A stretch of DNA of 63,768 nucleotides, filler included, from Octopus bimaculoides (Eukaryota): the NCBI RefSeq assembly GCF_001194135.2. It is 5 parts of 5 records of this genome, joined end to end, with 100 filler letters (N's around TTAATTAATTAA, not from the genome) between each part and the next. Parts side by side here need not be neighbours in the genome. Positions count along the whole stretch, not along the records: positions 24,756 to 51,603 come from NC_068983.1; positions 51,704 to 54,186 come from NC_068993.1; 3 more parts are not named here. One strand, given 5' to 3'. The position numbers and the translations under genes were made by a program. Positions within the stretch are counted from its first letter, which is position 1. Each line of letters starts with the position of its first letter. The notes below the pieces were generated by a model. It saw only the letters and a program-made list of their open reading frames with translations, was not told the origin of the DNA and did no database searches. This document shows positions 40,341-53,580 of this stretch, in pieces.

Positions 40341-40812
40341 NNNNNNNNNNNNNNNNNNNNNNNNNNNNNNNNNNNNNNNNNNNNNNNNNNNNNNNNNNNN
40401 NNNNNNNNNNNNNNNNNNNNNNNNNNNNNNNNNNNNNNNNNNNNNNNNNNNNNNNNNNNNNNNNNNNNNNNNNNNNNNNNNNNNNNNNNNNNNNNNNNNN
40501 NNNNNNNNNNNNNNNNNNNNNNNNNNNNNNNNNNNNNNNNNNNNNNNNNNNNNNNNNNNNNNNNNNNNNNNNNNNNNNNNNNNNNNNNNNNNNNNNNNNN
40601 NNNNNNNNNNNNNNNNNNNNNNNNNNNNNNNNNNNNNNNNNNNNNNNNNNNNNNNNNNNNNNNNNNNNNNNNNNNNNNNNNNNNNNNNNNNNNNNNNNNN
40701 NNNNNNNNNNNNNNNNNNNNNNNNNNNNNNNNNNNNNNNNNNNNNNNNNNNNNNNNNNNNNNNNNNNNNNNNNNNNNNNNNNNNNNNNNNNNNNNNNNNN
40801 NNNNNNNNNNNN

Positions 40813-40843
<31 letters not shown>

Positions 40844-40845
40844 TA

Positions 40846-41008
40846 CACGACGTGCATCTTTCAGTTTCCATCTAACAATTCCATTGACAAACACTTGGTC
40901 TGCCTGAGGGTATAGCAGAAGACACATGACCAAGGTGTCTGTGAGATTTATCCTGGAAACCATGTGGTTGGGATGGAAGCTTCTTATCACACAGTCACGC
41001 CTGCGCCT
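40846..41008 (-). mobile_element. SINE family C (diverged)
   Basis: Reverse-complement similarity to 51430-51603; tail abuts (TA)n. Confidence 0.75.
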
Positions 41009-43689
41009 ACATGCACGTGGGTGCGTGTGTGTGTGTGCATAATATATGCATACCTAGATACATACGCATACATGCGATCATGTATGCATGATGTTCTTCT
41101 TAGTCGCCAAGAATTGTATGAATGTATGAAATCGACATATACTAGTACACTGAAGTCTCCGGTTGACAGGAGAGGAATTCATGAGATATAACAGTGTTTT
41201 ACAACCTATATTCTAAACCAAAACTGGCTGCAGTTGATAAGGAACGCAGGACCATAGAATCTTTGTTCCTGAACAGGAAGCGGTAGGAAAGGAAAAGAAG
41301 AGGTTTTGAAAGGTAGGGAAAAGTGGAATGCAGTGAGGTGAGGACACTAGTCATTCTCTAACCGACGTCAACTCTTTGTCTTTTCTGTTTAGAGTGTCCA
41401 AACTATCAGTTGCAAAACGTAGAGGTTGGAAACCTCTTTTGACTCTTATTAATGTCCCTTCTGTCAACGCAACCCTGAAGTAGAACTCTGTCTGAAACCT
41501 CGGGTTTCCCACTCCCTACGGCAAATTCGCTGTATTCGTTTGTCCTCTTCCTTTTTCTTTACAAATATAACATATTTATCGTAAATATTTTCTAGTATGT
41601 TTTAATGTGTGCCTTTTAAATTCTTTACCTTCTACAGAACTTTTGTGTTTTATAATATACATGAGGATGCTGAATATTCCTGGTTTTGTGTAAAAGAAAA
41701 TACAGGAGAATCATTAAATTATGATTTTATCCAACATATTCTATTAGCATACTCATACACTTGTTTCAACGGCCCTTCAATGCTTCTAAGCCCTGTAAAA
41801 AATCTTGGAAGGCTGGGGCTCCAACCAGGCCTTTCGCGCCACCCTTAAAGCTAAGAACTTTACCGCACTCCCTCCTTTGGTGTGATTTATAATCCATTAA
41901 TATAATATTCATTAAGCATACACGTACAGCCCACAACAGGGTGATATTAACTATTTCAGTATTTTTTCTCAATTTGTTCATTTACATAAGAAATAGTGCT
42001 CTACCAATAATTCCCAATATGATAGTCATAAAGGATACGCTACTCATACATAACTACTTAAATACGTATACACCCATATACACGTATATTTGTGTGTATA
42101 AGTATAAAAATATGTAGGCAAGTGTTAGTGTCTTTGTGTTTCGAATTCTTTATTCATTATGATGATAATATTTATTAATATATCTGAAATTCGTTTTCTT
42201 ATTTTCAGAGTTCCTCATTCCACCAATACCTAATTATAAATTCTTATATTCAATATTAATTATAATGTTATAGTTATCAGCAAAACTTTAAATTTATATT
42301 ATAATACTGTAATCCATACATAGAAATATATAAATATAAGCAGGGAGAATTATAGACACATATATTGATTATTAGATAGTGATGTAGATAAATTTGTAAA
42401 CGTTGAGACGGATTGACGGAGATAGGTATTCAGACACACAGTTATATTTATGAATAAATAAATTACAAGGTATTGAGATAAACATAGACATGTAAATTAA
42501 TATAGAGAGATATAGATAGTTATATTGATACAGAGTTGTATATCGAGTAAAACTTTGAATGTGGCGACAAATAGATAAACTTAGATACGAATAAAACCAT
42601 CGATAGCGAGCCAGCTACACGTGTTCATGGGTGAGCATGTAATAACTGTTTTCAAATGTGTATCTGTGCTTCTGAAAAAGTACATATTCATTCACATACA
42701 CACACACGCACTCACACAGTCAGACACACACTCTCTCACACACTCACGTTATTCTTAAACAAGAATGTTATTGACTGTGATTTCAAAGTTTCAACCAGCT
42801 AAACCACCGTCGGATTCGAAACAAATGCACACACACACATTATTTCTTTATACATACTAGCTGATTCGGACGAGATTGTGCTAATCGCTGGTATACCTTT
42901 CTGTGGAGAACAACATTTCCTTTCAAACTTGTGTTCATAACTCTTTCACTTTTATAGCCAAAAAGCACTTAGGTTAATGTATTTCGAACCCCACAGTGTC
43001 TCGAAATTATTGGGACTCATCAATGCAAACCCCAGAACAAGGTATCTTGCAAGAAATTTTCATTTCATTAAGCAAAATATTATCTGCTGTGCGCTGATAA
43101 CTGCCAACCGAGACTTACTTATTCATTCTGAACACACTCCGGCAGTGTCGAAAGTAAATATGTTAACCGTTATTGTACCTCTTCAATAGAGAACAACTTC
43201 TTTCAGACGTAAGTGTTCGCTGTACATATGATTTTTTTTTTCTGCAAATAATGAACTAATTTCCATAAAGCATATAAGTGTATTATTTTCTCTAATTAAG
43301 TTCTCTAGAAAGTTTTGGTTTTCTTTCCAGCAGTGACTATATGCAATATTCGTTCACAAAACATTGCATTCCCTATGACATTTTGTTTTACGAGATGTGG
43401 TTGTATGGACAATTTCATCTATATATGTTGAACATGTGTTGTACAAGATGACACATCCATACATTCCTACATACATACGTAAGTACCGACTTACATATCT
43501 TCCTACCTCCATCCAAATACACATGCACATACACAAACATACGTGGGTGGTTCACCGTGAATTCAGTTGTCCTATCGACTAAATTGCCTATTAATTGAAA
43601 ACGCGTCTAAGTAATCCAACACCGAGAACACTAAAATAAAACTCCTAACATTGCAATGACTACGTTTCTAGATATGAATACTTACATAA

Positions 43690-44130
43690 AAATAATAGAT
43701 GCACCAAACTAATCACAGCAAAATCACAAAAGGAATAGTTCTAAGAAGAAATCAAACGTCAAAACCTATACTGTTTGTTAACTGAAAAATCTTAAAGCAA
43801 TACTTTGGGGTTCCTTCACAATACAATACATCAGGTGAGAAAAAAATCCCAATAAAATAACAATTACTCACCAACAACGGACATCCAGATAAATTGATAT
43901 ACCCAGGTATAGCACACAATATACAAATAAAAGCAAAAACAAATTCAGATAGCCCATCTATAAAAATATTCACAAATCCACTTTCAGTGATTTCTATGAA
44001 GTTTATATTAACTGTAGGATAAAACAATATATTATCAAACACCCTGTAAGAGGGAACATAAAATACATTACACCAAACTATAGAATAACATCAGTAATAT
44101 GATAGAAAAACAAAGATACTAAAGGTAAAC
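43690..44130 (+). mobile_element. decayed Penelope-like RT-endonuclease linker fragment
   Basis: QLLTNNGHPDKLI motif and downstream IKYITPNYRITSVI-like segment; many lesions. Confidence 0.5.
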
Positions 44131-44647
44131 ACTTTCTTAACGTTAGAAAACTACAAATATGTAAACATATGAACAAACGACTGGGGTATAAAATGATATT
44201 TTCGGTTGCATATATTACAAACGTGAACTTTATATTGACAAGATATGCGACTTTCCTTCCGGTTCACCATGTACTTAAAAGCAGCCAAAAGTTCCATAAG
44301 TCTGCTACGAAATCCATCACAAAAAATACTGTAAGAAATGTTAATGTATATTACATTTATATGCTATTAAATTCCTTACAAAAACAGGCTGCTTATGGTG
44401 AATGTAGTAACCATAAAGTAGCATAGTTCTTAAATATATACAAGAACAGTATACACTTGTCACTAAGAAAGTTAAAGTTGGCTGTCATAGAATATATTTG
44501 TGTGAATTCGATACTACTTGGATTGCTCCCCGATCTAAACTCCCCCTTCTAGTGTTTCATTCACATACACATACACATACACACACCCATTACGGTATGC
44601 ATGTGAATACACACACACACACGCATGCACACACATGCACACAGACA

Positions 44648-44695
<48 letters not shown>

Positions 44696-47600
44696 NNNNN
44701 NNNNNAGAAATATAGGGAGAGGGAAAATTCAAGGGTATTCGTTAAAACTTTTTAGTTTTTAAATTTCAAAGATGCAACCAATTTGACAGATTTCTCCGAT
44801 TTTCAAACGTTGAGAGAGAAAGACATGAAATTATGCCGCAACTGTCTTGCTTCTGACTGGAATTCAAAATTTCTCTTGCTTTTACAGCAAATAAAATATA
44901 TTTGAGTTTGATTACTCAAACGTCACAAATTTGAAATAATTTGAAATAATTTGACGGCTTTCAATTGACTAATGTTTTCAGTCCTTATATCTCTCCTTTC
45001 GCAAGATGAGGCTACGGCTGTAGTGTGGTTATTTCTTCGAAGGGTTTTCCAAACCTGCTCAAGTGGAGATGATTTTGCGCTTCTAATTCCCAAAGCCTCT
45101 CATTTCCATACAACATTGCTTCCCAGATCAACGTGATAGCTAATAAAACTGTTCATTTCTAGTTGTAATTCGGCGGGTGTATATATAAGCCTCATGTTAA
45201 GGAATATATATAATGAGAGTTCACCAGGACGAATGATCTATTAGTATGAGGATATCCCTACTCTGCACAAGAGAATGAGAACTAGCTGTCCCTATGGATT
45301 GAATATATTACTTAATTCAACATTTCTTAAATCTCACCGAAGACCTCAGGTACATGGATATAAGTATGAAAGTTTTAGATTGTAACAGACAAACCTGAAC
45401 ACTAATGTAAAAATATTACACTTTTGGTCGAAAATAAAGGTTATGGTTTTGGCTCTGACAGAATATTATGATATTTATGAAACACGAGAAACGGTTACAT
45501 TACAGATAGTAGGAAAGCATGAAGGATTGATATTGAATTATCTGCTCTATAATCTCTAGTGAGTGTAGTGACAATGGTCAGACAGAAATTGAGATTCAAT
45601 TCTGATTTTATATCCTAGATTAATGAGTAGGCTACAAAAGGGATTTTATGTCGAATCCATGATAATGTTATCGTTTATCGCCAAAAGAAGAAACAAAATT
45701 TGTAATACCCTGATTAAATTTGATATATTAAGCGGAGTACGAAATATCGATTATAAAATTATATCAATTAAATCCGATGTAGTACATTCATAATATGATA
45801 AACCATTATATAAATTTAGATTGATTTATTTATTCATTTTCTGGAAAAGACATAAAATGAAAAGAAAATTCGACATGATTAGGCACACTATTAACCAGTT
45901 TATGTTGATTAACAAAATTGGATTTGTTGGAAGATATTTTTTCAACTGCCAACGAAGTTGCATTGAAAATACAGAATAAATAAAATTAGCTGTACTAATC
46001 GATGTCCATATCAATGTATATCATTATAACATTATGATATTGGCTATAATATCAACGGGATAAATATAAATATTTTTGCAGAGCTGGGTTTCTTCCTCAA
46101 CGATATTAGCTCAAATCGTGTCATGCTCAAGTTTGATATTTCGATTCCAAGATTGTCGATAATCAAATAACTGGATCATCCACGTCCGCATAAGCTACCA
46201 AGAAACTGGTCGCCGCCAGGCGAACACTTACATAGGCTATTGACTTACCGGCCACTGTCCACGTATGAGATATGCGGTATCTGTTGACAACTGATAGAAC
46301 CCATGCGCTGACACAACTACATTAAATCATGGATGTTGGAACATATCTTTGGCAGTCAAGTCACATGATAACATTCACTGCTCAGCCAGTGAACACAAAC
46401 ATAAAATGCCTCAGCGCATTCGATGAGAGTTAAGGCCACATCCTAGTGACTAAAGTTGAGTGTAACCATTGAAAGTATTTCAGAAAACGTACCAGTTTCG
46501 TTTTAAGACAATAACTCATAGATAGAAGATACAGGTCTGAGGACCAAGGACTGTCATTTCGATCTCGGCCTAGTAGAAGAAAGAGAGAGAAAAATGATGA
46601 GCGAGAAAAAATACAGTCATAAAGGTAATCTACTTTATCGCCATTGTAGCCTAACTAAGCATCACAAAAATGAGATATGCACAAAAATTGAAAACAGAAG
46701 AAAATAGCAACTTTCTATATTTTCAGGACAACGGAGTGTGACTTCAGAAAGATTTGGTTGATATGCCTGAGCATACCGTAGCTTTTGTTGATTAGCACAG
46801 ACACGGGCTTTGTAGCTCTGTGTTGTTTAGGCAACTATTTTCTTCCCTGATTTTTTTTTCTCTATTAGTTATTAACTGTATATGATGAGTGACATGGAGA
46901 AATAGTAAATTTCGCGAGTGCTTGGACTGCTGGCTTTGATTTCTATTTACAGCAATTTACATTTTGCTTTAGAAATGCCAGCAAATCAGATATTACATTG
47001 TTCTTTTCATAGTTTAAATTTTGACTATTAGTTACGAGGCCAAACCCTCAAATACAATGTTCTTTCATTAAAATAGTCCTTCACAGAGCCTATTCTGATA
47101 GAAAGAGTCCGGAGAGAGACAAAGAGAAATAAAAAGAGAGAAAGAGAGAGAGAGAAAGCTTGATAGCGGTATTTAATTCTCAAAGGAACAAAGGGAAAGA
47201 AAAGGCCGGAACATATACCTCAAGGCAATTGTCCGACACTATTTTGATTAAGAAATCAAATGCCCCCTTGTAACTCTCTGTATCATATAAAATAAATGCA
47301 CAAATAAATACCGGAATTTCTTTACAAAATCCCTTCGTGCTTATTCATAAACATTTCTATTGTCAGATTTGACGTAATTAAACCAAAACTCATTTTACAG
47401 ATCACAGTCAAAATAGCTTTATCAACTACTGAAAATAATTCATTTTCACAAGCTGCTATCTTAAATAACTTTAGATAACGTAATGTTTGTTTCAAGGCCG
47501 GTTTGGGAAGAGAGACAGTCGTATGCATAAGTTGTTGCTATTTTTCAAGTAAAATTTAGGTATAACTGTTACTTTTACCTGGCAATAATGAAGAATAATT

Positions 47601-47769
47601 TAAAAACGAATGTTAACTAAATCAATGTAATAAGTCTTGTACTGAACTCAGTAGAATTATTTGGCCTTACGTTTTTAACCTGTCACCTACCCTCTCTTTC
47701 ATCCATGTGCTGTCCTCCACAGTTCTGAAAACATGTTAATCAAAACTAAAATACAATTGCACAAAAGTC

Positions 47770-47925
47770 TCTATAATCTACATTGTTGGAATCGGCACAA
47801 ATCCATCCGATTTAAGTGGAGTGGGGAAGTAAACGAATACATTAAAGGCTGAATAGTAAATACGTAAACAGTTGGAAGAAATGTCGCTAAGCATTGTATC
47901 CCATATGATAACGATTTCTGTTCAA
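47770..47925 (-). mobile_element. possible very old SINE family A copy
   Basis: Patchy similarity (GCTAAGCATT.T.TCC...TAACGATT) only. Confidence 0.3.
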
Positions 47926-48156
47926 TTATGACCAAGAAAGAAACATTTTCCTTTAATTTTAAAAAGGGTGGGTGTTAAATATTGTGACATGCGTGCCTTT
48001 CCAAAACCTGGTTTGGAGTATGAAATTAATTTATTCAATTGAGAGGATTAATGAAAAAGAGGCTCATAGCTTATAATATTTTAATCTTCCTCTAGGAGAA
48101 ATTAAAATATTCAAATAGACGTATTTAAAATATTTCCTAGGATTTATATATATATG

Positions 48157-48191
<35 letters not shown>

Positions 48192-48196
48192 ATGTT

Positions 48197-48261
<65 letters not shown>

Positions 48262-48605
48262 TATTCTCAAGCTAGAATATTAGTGACGGTCACTTCGAAG
48301 ATTCGGCCAGCTAAGCCATCTTCAGAACACGATGCATTGAAGTTTTTCTTGGCTTTATATTATAGTTTCCATTGTGTTAAAATGCTCCTTGGTTACGTGG
48401 GTGTGAGTGGAATAGTAATTAAGTTGCATAGTATGGTGTAGAGGACAGGTATTTAGAAAAGGTTTTGATAAGTAAACTTGGGTTCTGTGTAAGTGTTCAA
48501 AATTTATTCATCAATGTAGAACATATATATATATGTATGTGTGTGTGTGTGTATGTGTGTATATACATAAAATACGTATGTATATATGTATGTGTATATA
48601 TATGT

Positions 48606-48656
<51 letters not shown>

Positions 48657-49534
48657 NNNNNNNNNNNNNNNNNNNNNNNNNNNNNNNNNNNNNNNNNNNN
48701 NNNNNNNNNNNNNNNNNNNNNNNNNNNNNNNNNNNNNNNNNNNNNNNNNNNNNNNNNNNNNNNNNNNNNNNNNNNNNNNNNNNNNNNNNNNNNNNNNNNN
48801 NNNNNNNNNNNNNNNNNNNNNNNNNNNNNNNNNNNNNNNNNNNNNNNNNNNNNNNNNNNNNNNNNNNNNNNNNNNNNNNNNNNNNNNNNNNNNNNNNNNN
48901 NNNNNNNNNNNNNNNNNNNNNNNNNNNNNNNNNNNNNNNNNNNNNNNNNNNNNNNNNNNNNNNNNNNNNNNNNNNNNNNNNNNNNNNNNNNNNNNNNNNN
49001 NNNNNNNNNNNNNNNNNNNNNNNNNNNNNNNNNNNNNNNNNNNNNNNNNNNNNNNNNNNNNNNNNNNNNNNNNNNNNNNNNNNNNNNNNNNNNNNNNNNN
49101 NNNNNNNNNNNNNNNNNNNNNNNNNNNNNNNNNNNNNNNNNNNNNNNNNNNNNNNNNNNNNNNNNNNNNNNNNNNNNNNNNNNNNNNNNNNNNNNNNNNN
49201 NNNNNNNNNNNNNNNNNNNNNNNNNNNNNNNNNNNNNNNNNNNNNNNNNNNNNNNNNNNNNNNNNNNNNNNNNNNNNNNNNNNNNNNNNNNNNNNNNNNN
49301 NNNNNNNNNNNNNNNNNNNNNNNNNNNNNNNNNNNNNNNNNNNNNNNNNNNNNNNNNNNNNNNNNNNNNNNNNNNNNNNNNNNNNNNNNNNNNNNNNNNN
49401 NNNNNNNNNNNNNNNNNNNNNNNNNNNNNNNNNNNNNNNNNNNNNNNNNNNNNNNNNNNNNNNNNNNNNNNNNNNNNNNNNNNNNNNNNNNNNNNNNNNN
49501 NNNNNNNNNNNNNNNNNNNNNNNNNNNNNNNNNN

Positions 49535-49570
<36 letters not shown>

Positions 49571-50580
49571 TTTCTGAACATAAAGTTTATCGCTTGTTAT
49601 AAACTTGTCGAATAATGGTTTCACTACGAAAGAAAACTGCGTGAAAGCCATTTCTACTCTAGACCTATTATAAATACTGCATATAGCATATCGGTGAGAG
49701 TTATCAGAGTAAAGCTTTTGGAGTATGTAGACAGGCCAAAAGCATATATGTTAATGATAAAGTAGAACTTCAGAAAATAGTACTTAATAATATAAGGTTA
49801 TTGAATCTTACATCCGTACTGGAGTCGAACTATGACAAACCTCTCTGATTATGTTTATACTAAATTATGGATCTAAGAATGTATCTGGCTTCAAAACAAA
49901 TTTAATGTTTGCAAGAATCAGTAATAGAAGAGAAACGTTTTTTGCTAATGTATTCACTGCATAGTGCAGATCATTAAAGTGTAAATCAATATATTTCTGA
50001 TCGTATATTTTCTGTCTAAGAAAGAAACGCATTACTACATTATTACTACAGGGCCCAAATTCTATTTTGCACACTCATTTGCATATACATACATACACAT
50101 AACTATATATATATTCCTACAAACACAATTATACACACGCGGGCACACACGCTTATGTATATAATTGTGAAGATTGAACAGTATTTTCGGAATAACTGTT
50201 CATATTGATCGTTTCAAATTCATAATTTGACTTTTTCTCAAGCTCTTTCGATATTCCAGAATGTTATGTTACTTGGATGGTTTCTTCTTCGCACTGTCTC
50301 AATTTGGAATGTTTTTTATGTTGTTCGTTCTGTCGGGTAAAAGTGTGTAATCATGCAAATTTAAAATCAGTTAGTTGTTGCACCATCTGCTAATCATAGT
50401 AGCCTGAGCTTCCTATTAAATAATATTTTGCTGTTTATACAACAAAAGGCGCATCCAGGCTGATTCAGATATGTACAAAATATTATATGATCCAGGATTA
50501 ACCAAACAGTAACCAAACGCGACTATAAAAAGTGGTGACCGGCTATAAAAATTGTAAAAGGACTGACTTCTCTCTTTTTG

Positions 50581-50675
50581 TATCTCTTAGAAGGCTCCAA
50601 TAAGCTGAATTTCTGGAATACCGTTTTGACCTATCTCCATTCAGATTTCAGCTTGTTGGAGCCCTCTGAGAGGTA
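50581..50675 (+). ncRNA. candidate pri-miRNA hairpin
   Basis: About 35 bp by hand: 11-bp basal stem, A.C mismatch, 17-bp stem, then 4+3 bp, 19-nt loop. Three G.U pairs favour the + strand. UG at 50579-50580. Confidence 0.45.
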
Positions 50676-51429
50676 AAACAAGGAAGAAGTCAGCCATTAT
50701 ACTACAGAACTCAACTGTCAGCTAAATACATTTTCAAATCTGATGATTACTACGAACATATGAACGCGCTAGTTGAACATTATGAACACTACAAAATATT
50801 TTTTTAATGTTTAATACACTTCAACATTGTAATAAAATCCATTTTTTTAAAAATACCATTATAAAAAATGTGAAAACCAAACTATGTTTTAACTTAATTC
50901 AACTGATATATTATTATTATCCCATACATAAATTCGGTCATATATATATATATATATATATTGATGGTCACTAATCAGCACCAGTACAGCTACAAATAGG
51001 AATCAAAACAACTCAATAGCCAACAAAAGCACTGTCTTAATAGAATGACAAGGGAGACAAGCTATCTATGGTTGCATATGAAAGCTAGATCATCGATGAT
51101 TTTGTCTTCTGATGCTTAAAATATCTTAACGCTCATCATTTGCCCCCACCGCGCCTAGGGTTAAACTCATCTCGCCTTGTCAGGTATAAGATCTCCGTGG
51201 AGATCATGCACTGAGTTCAAAACCAGCCAGAAATGAAAATTATAAATATGGGGGACTAATTCGCTATTTTACAACCTAAAGGCAGAAATATATGTCATTA
51301 AAGTGAACAAGTTGTTTTGACACCTCTTTCTAGCAATACTGGCGTTTATTAATGCCATTGCTCACTTTAGTGACGTATATATTATTACTTTAGGTTCTAA
51401 AATTGCGAATTAGCCATCCATAATATATA

Positions 51430-51603
51430 GGAGTGGTTGTGGGGTAAGTAACCTGGTTACCAACCACATGGTTCCGGGTTCAGTCCCACTGCGTGGCACC
51501 TTGAGCAAATGTCTTCTGCTATACCGTCGGGCCGACCAATGCCTTGTGAGTGAATTTGGTAGACGGAAACTAAAAGAAGCCTGTCGTATATATATATATA
51601 TAT
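51430..51603 (+). mobile_element. tRNA-derived SINE family C, full length, (TA)n tail
   Basis: GGAGTGGTTGTGGGGTAAGTA head, GGTTCAGTCCC B-box-like motif, CACCTTGAGCAAATGTCTT box, GAAGCCTGTCGTATATA end. Confidence 0.9.
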
Positions 51604-51897
51604 NNNNNNNNNNNNNNNNNNNNNNNNNNNNNNNNNNNNNNNNNNNNTTAATTAATTAANNNNNNNNNNNNNNNNNNNNNNNNNNNNNNNNNNNNNNNNN
51701 NNNTATATGTATAGGATCTAGTTAGCTCAAGACAACATCAGGAGGAACCACGTCCGGTTTCGGCCCCTACTCCTCTACCGTTTTGACGTGGCGTCCCATT
51801 CCCTTTCGGAGGTGTCTTCAGCTCTGGTGTTGGGTGCATATCCTCAATCTTCTATTCCCTTGCCTCTTCGATGCAGCATCAACGAGTGTCAGCGTCC

Positions 51898-51931
51898 GAC
51901 TGACTGTCTTGTAAAATTCCCCTTTTTTATA
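51898..51931 (-). promoter_or_regulatory. TATA box plus Inr-like core promoter
   Basis: Minus strand TATAAAAAA starting at 51931 and TCAGTC with A at 51901: TATA at -30. Confidence 0.4.
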
Positions 51932-52110
51932 CCTGCTGCTAGGCTCCAGCAGGCTGTCCCAGCCTGTTGTCACTTGACACTGTCTAAATTTCCCGCTGCT
52001 AGGGTCCAGTAGGCAGCCCCAGCAAGTTGTCACATGACACTGTCTAAACTTCCCGCTGCTAGGCTCCAGCAAGCAGCCCCAGCAAGTTGTCACGTGACAC
52101 TGTCTAAACT
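51931..52110. repeat. 3 x 60-bp tandem repeat with palindromic E-box motifs
   Basis: Units start at 51931, 51991 and 52051; they contain TGTCACTTGACA, TGTCACATGACA and TGTCACGTGACA. Confidence 0.92.
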
Positions 52111-52114
52111 TTAA

Positions 52115-52335
52115 CTGATAAATCTTTTCTCTCCTTCCTGGTAGATTGTATAAGCCAGGTTCTCGAGCTTTTGTTCGTCGTCGCCTTTGAATTTGGTGGT
52201 CATTCTTGATACCTCGTTGTCGAATTTTTTATAACTCGCTGCATCATTTGCTTTCGGCCACTTAATCTTTGTCTTCTTCACGCCTATCACTGTTTGTGAC
52301 TGTTCTAATTCAACTGTGGAATGTCCCTCGCTATG
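52115..52335 (-). mobile_element. HERO-like non-LTR retrotransposon fragment (region upstream of the RT)
   Basis: Minus-strand open translation KTKIKWPKANDAASYKKFDNEVSRMTTKFKGDDEQKLENLAYTIYQEGEKRF resembles the IKWP.AN...FD.DV...KL...I...G.ERF block of HERO ORFs. Confidence 0.7.
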
Positions 52336-52653
52336 GTTATTATATATGGGTTTACGTGACGAGTTAAGAAATAATTGAGATTATGTTGAATTAGGTACTT
52401 AAGCTGAAGTACCAAGTCAGCCCGGTATTATCCGCACAGCTCGAAGTAAGTTGAATAGAATCAAAATAAGCAACAAGATATCAAGTAGTGATGCAGTACG
52501 ACCGTTTCAAGCAGCTCCATTTAATTGAACAATGTAATCATTACATGAATTTGAATGCAGTACCATGTTCAGCTGCACAAATAAATAAATAGAAATTTAA
52601 CCTGTTGAACACATTAATATAATTTTTCCCAAATATTTTAACAGAGCAAGAAG

Positions 52654-53580
52654 ATGGACGACATTCATGTCGCTATTGTAGCTAAGAATAGAATACACTC
52701 CCAAGAATCGCATAGATATAATAGAATATTTTCCCGTGACACAGTTAAAAACTCGTATTCTACCCTCCCCAGTGTAGGTAGCTTCATAACCAGGTTAAAT
52801 AGAAAGAATATAAAATCGGCAAGAGGAGTTAAATAATAATTATATTATTGTCAACATTGGTTTAAACCCCTACAATGAGAGTATTAAGGGAGATGTAGGA
52901 ATTAGAAACAACAGTACTAAGACATCTAATATGTACAATATAGACTGTGACTCCAAAGTTTATACTAGCACATGGATTACTGACGCAATGCCTGTTGATG
53001 CTGAGATGAATTTAAATGATACTACAGTTGAGGAAAGTACCAATAATAACAGCAATGTTAAAAAATAACTGAGATTATAGTAGTAGTGTTAATAATATTT
53101 ATAATGATGATGATAATAGCAATGATAAGAATATCAATAATATTAATAGTAATAATGTTCCTGGTTGCAATTGTAGAGTTAAACCCCACAGTCCATTATT
53201 AGGCCGATGTCTAATCTAAAACGTGACTTATAAATGTACCATCATAACTGAGGCTGGTAATTTTATATATATAAGATGCTCGATAAATATGAAAAAATGT
53301 ATCAATAACCATGCTTCATCTTTTAGGCTGAAACATAAAGCCAATTGTACATCCTTATCTAGTTAGATTTGGGAACTGAAGGAAAGCGGGATCGAATTTA
53401 GCCTCAAATGGGTTATAATACGGAGAGCGCAACCTTATAGAGATAGTCGATATGGGTGTAAGCTGTGCTGTATGGAGATTTTTAAGTATAGGGACAAGAA
53501 CACTCTGATTAGTTATAGATTAGACCTAAGGGTATCATGCATGCATAGCGTCACCCATAAATTTAAGTATTTTCGAAACT
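52654..53580 (+). mobile_element. Penelope-like element 3' ORF fragment with GIY-YIG endonuclease
   Basis: RIFSRDTVKNSYSTLPSVGSFI, then CNCRVKPHSPLLGRCL..NVTYKCTI...FIYI...INNHASSFR...TSLSS*IWELKE..IEFSLKW.II..A.PY....CKLC; stops present. Confidence 0.88.

Noticed and set aside
41470-41515. CTGAAGT...GAAAC hammerhead candidate
   Set aside because: A9 is missing and helix I cannot form; it is just a small hairpin.
48285-48335. Minus-strand hammerhead (CTGAAGA-TGGC...GCC-GAAT)
   Set aside because: GAAT instead of GAAA and no helix I; at most a decayed PLE tail.
51730-51830. Minus-strand hammerhead (CTGAAGA...CGAAAC)
   Set aside because: Helix II does not close at the core, and helices I and III pair only out of register.
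51931-52110. CRISPR-like array
   Set aside because: Units are contiguous near-identical 60-mers with no unique spacers, in a eukaryotic context with no cas genes.
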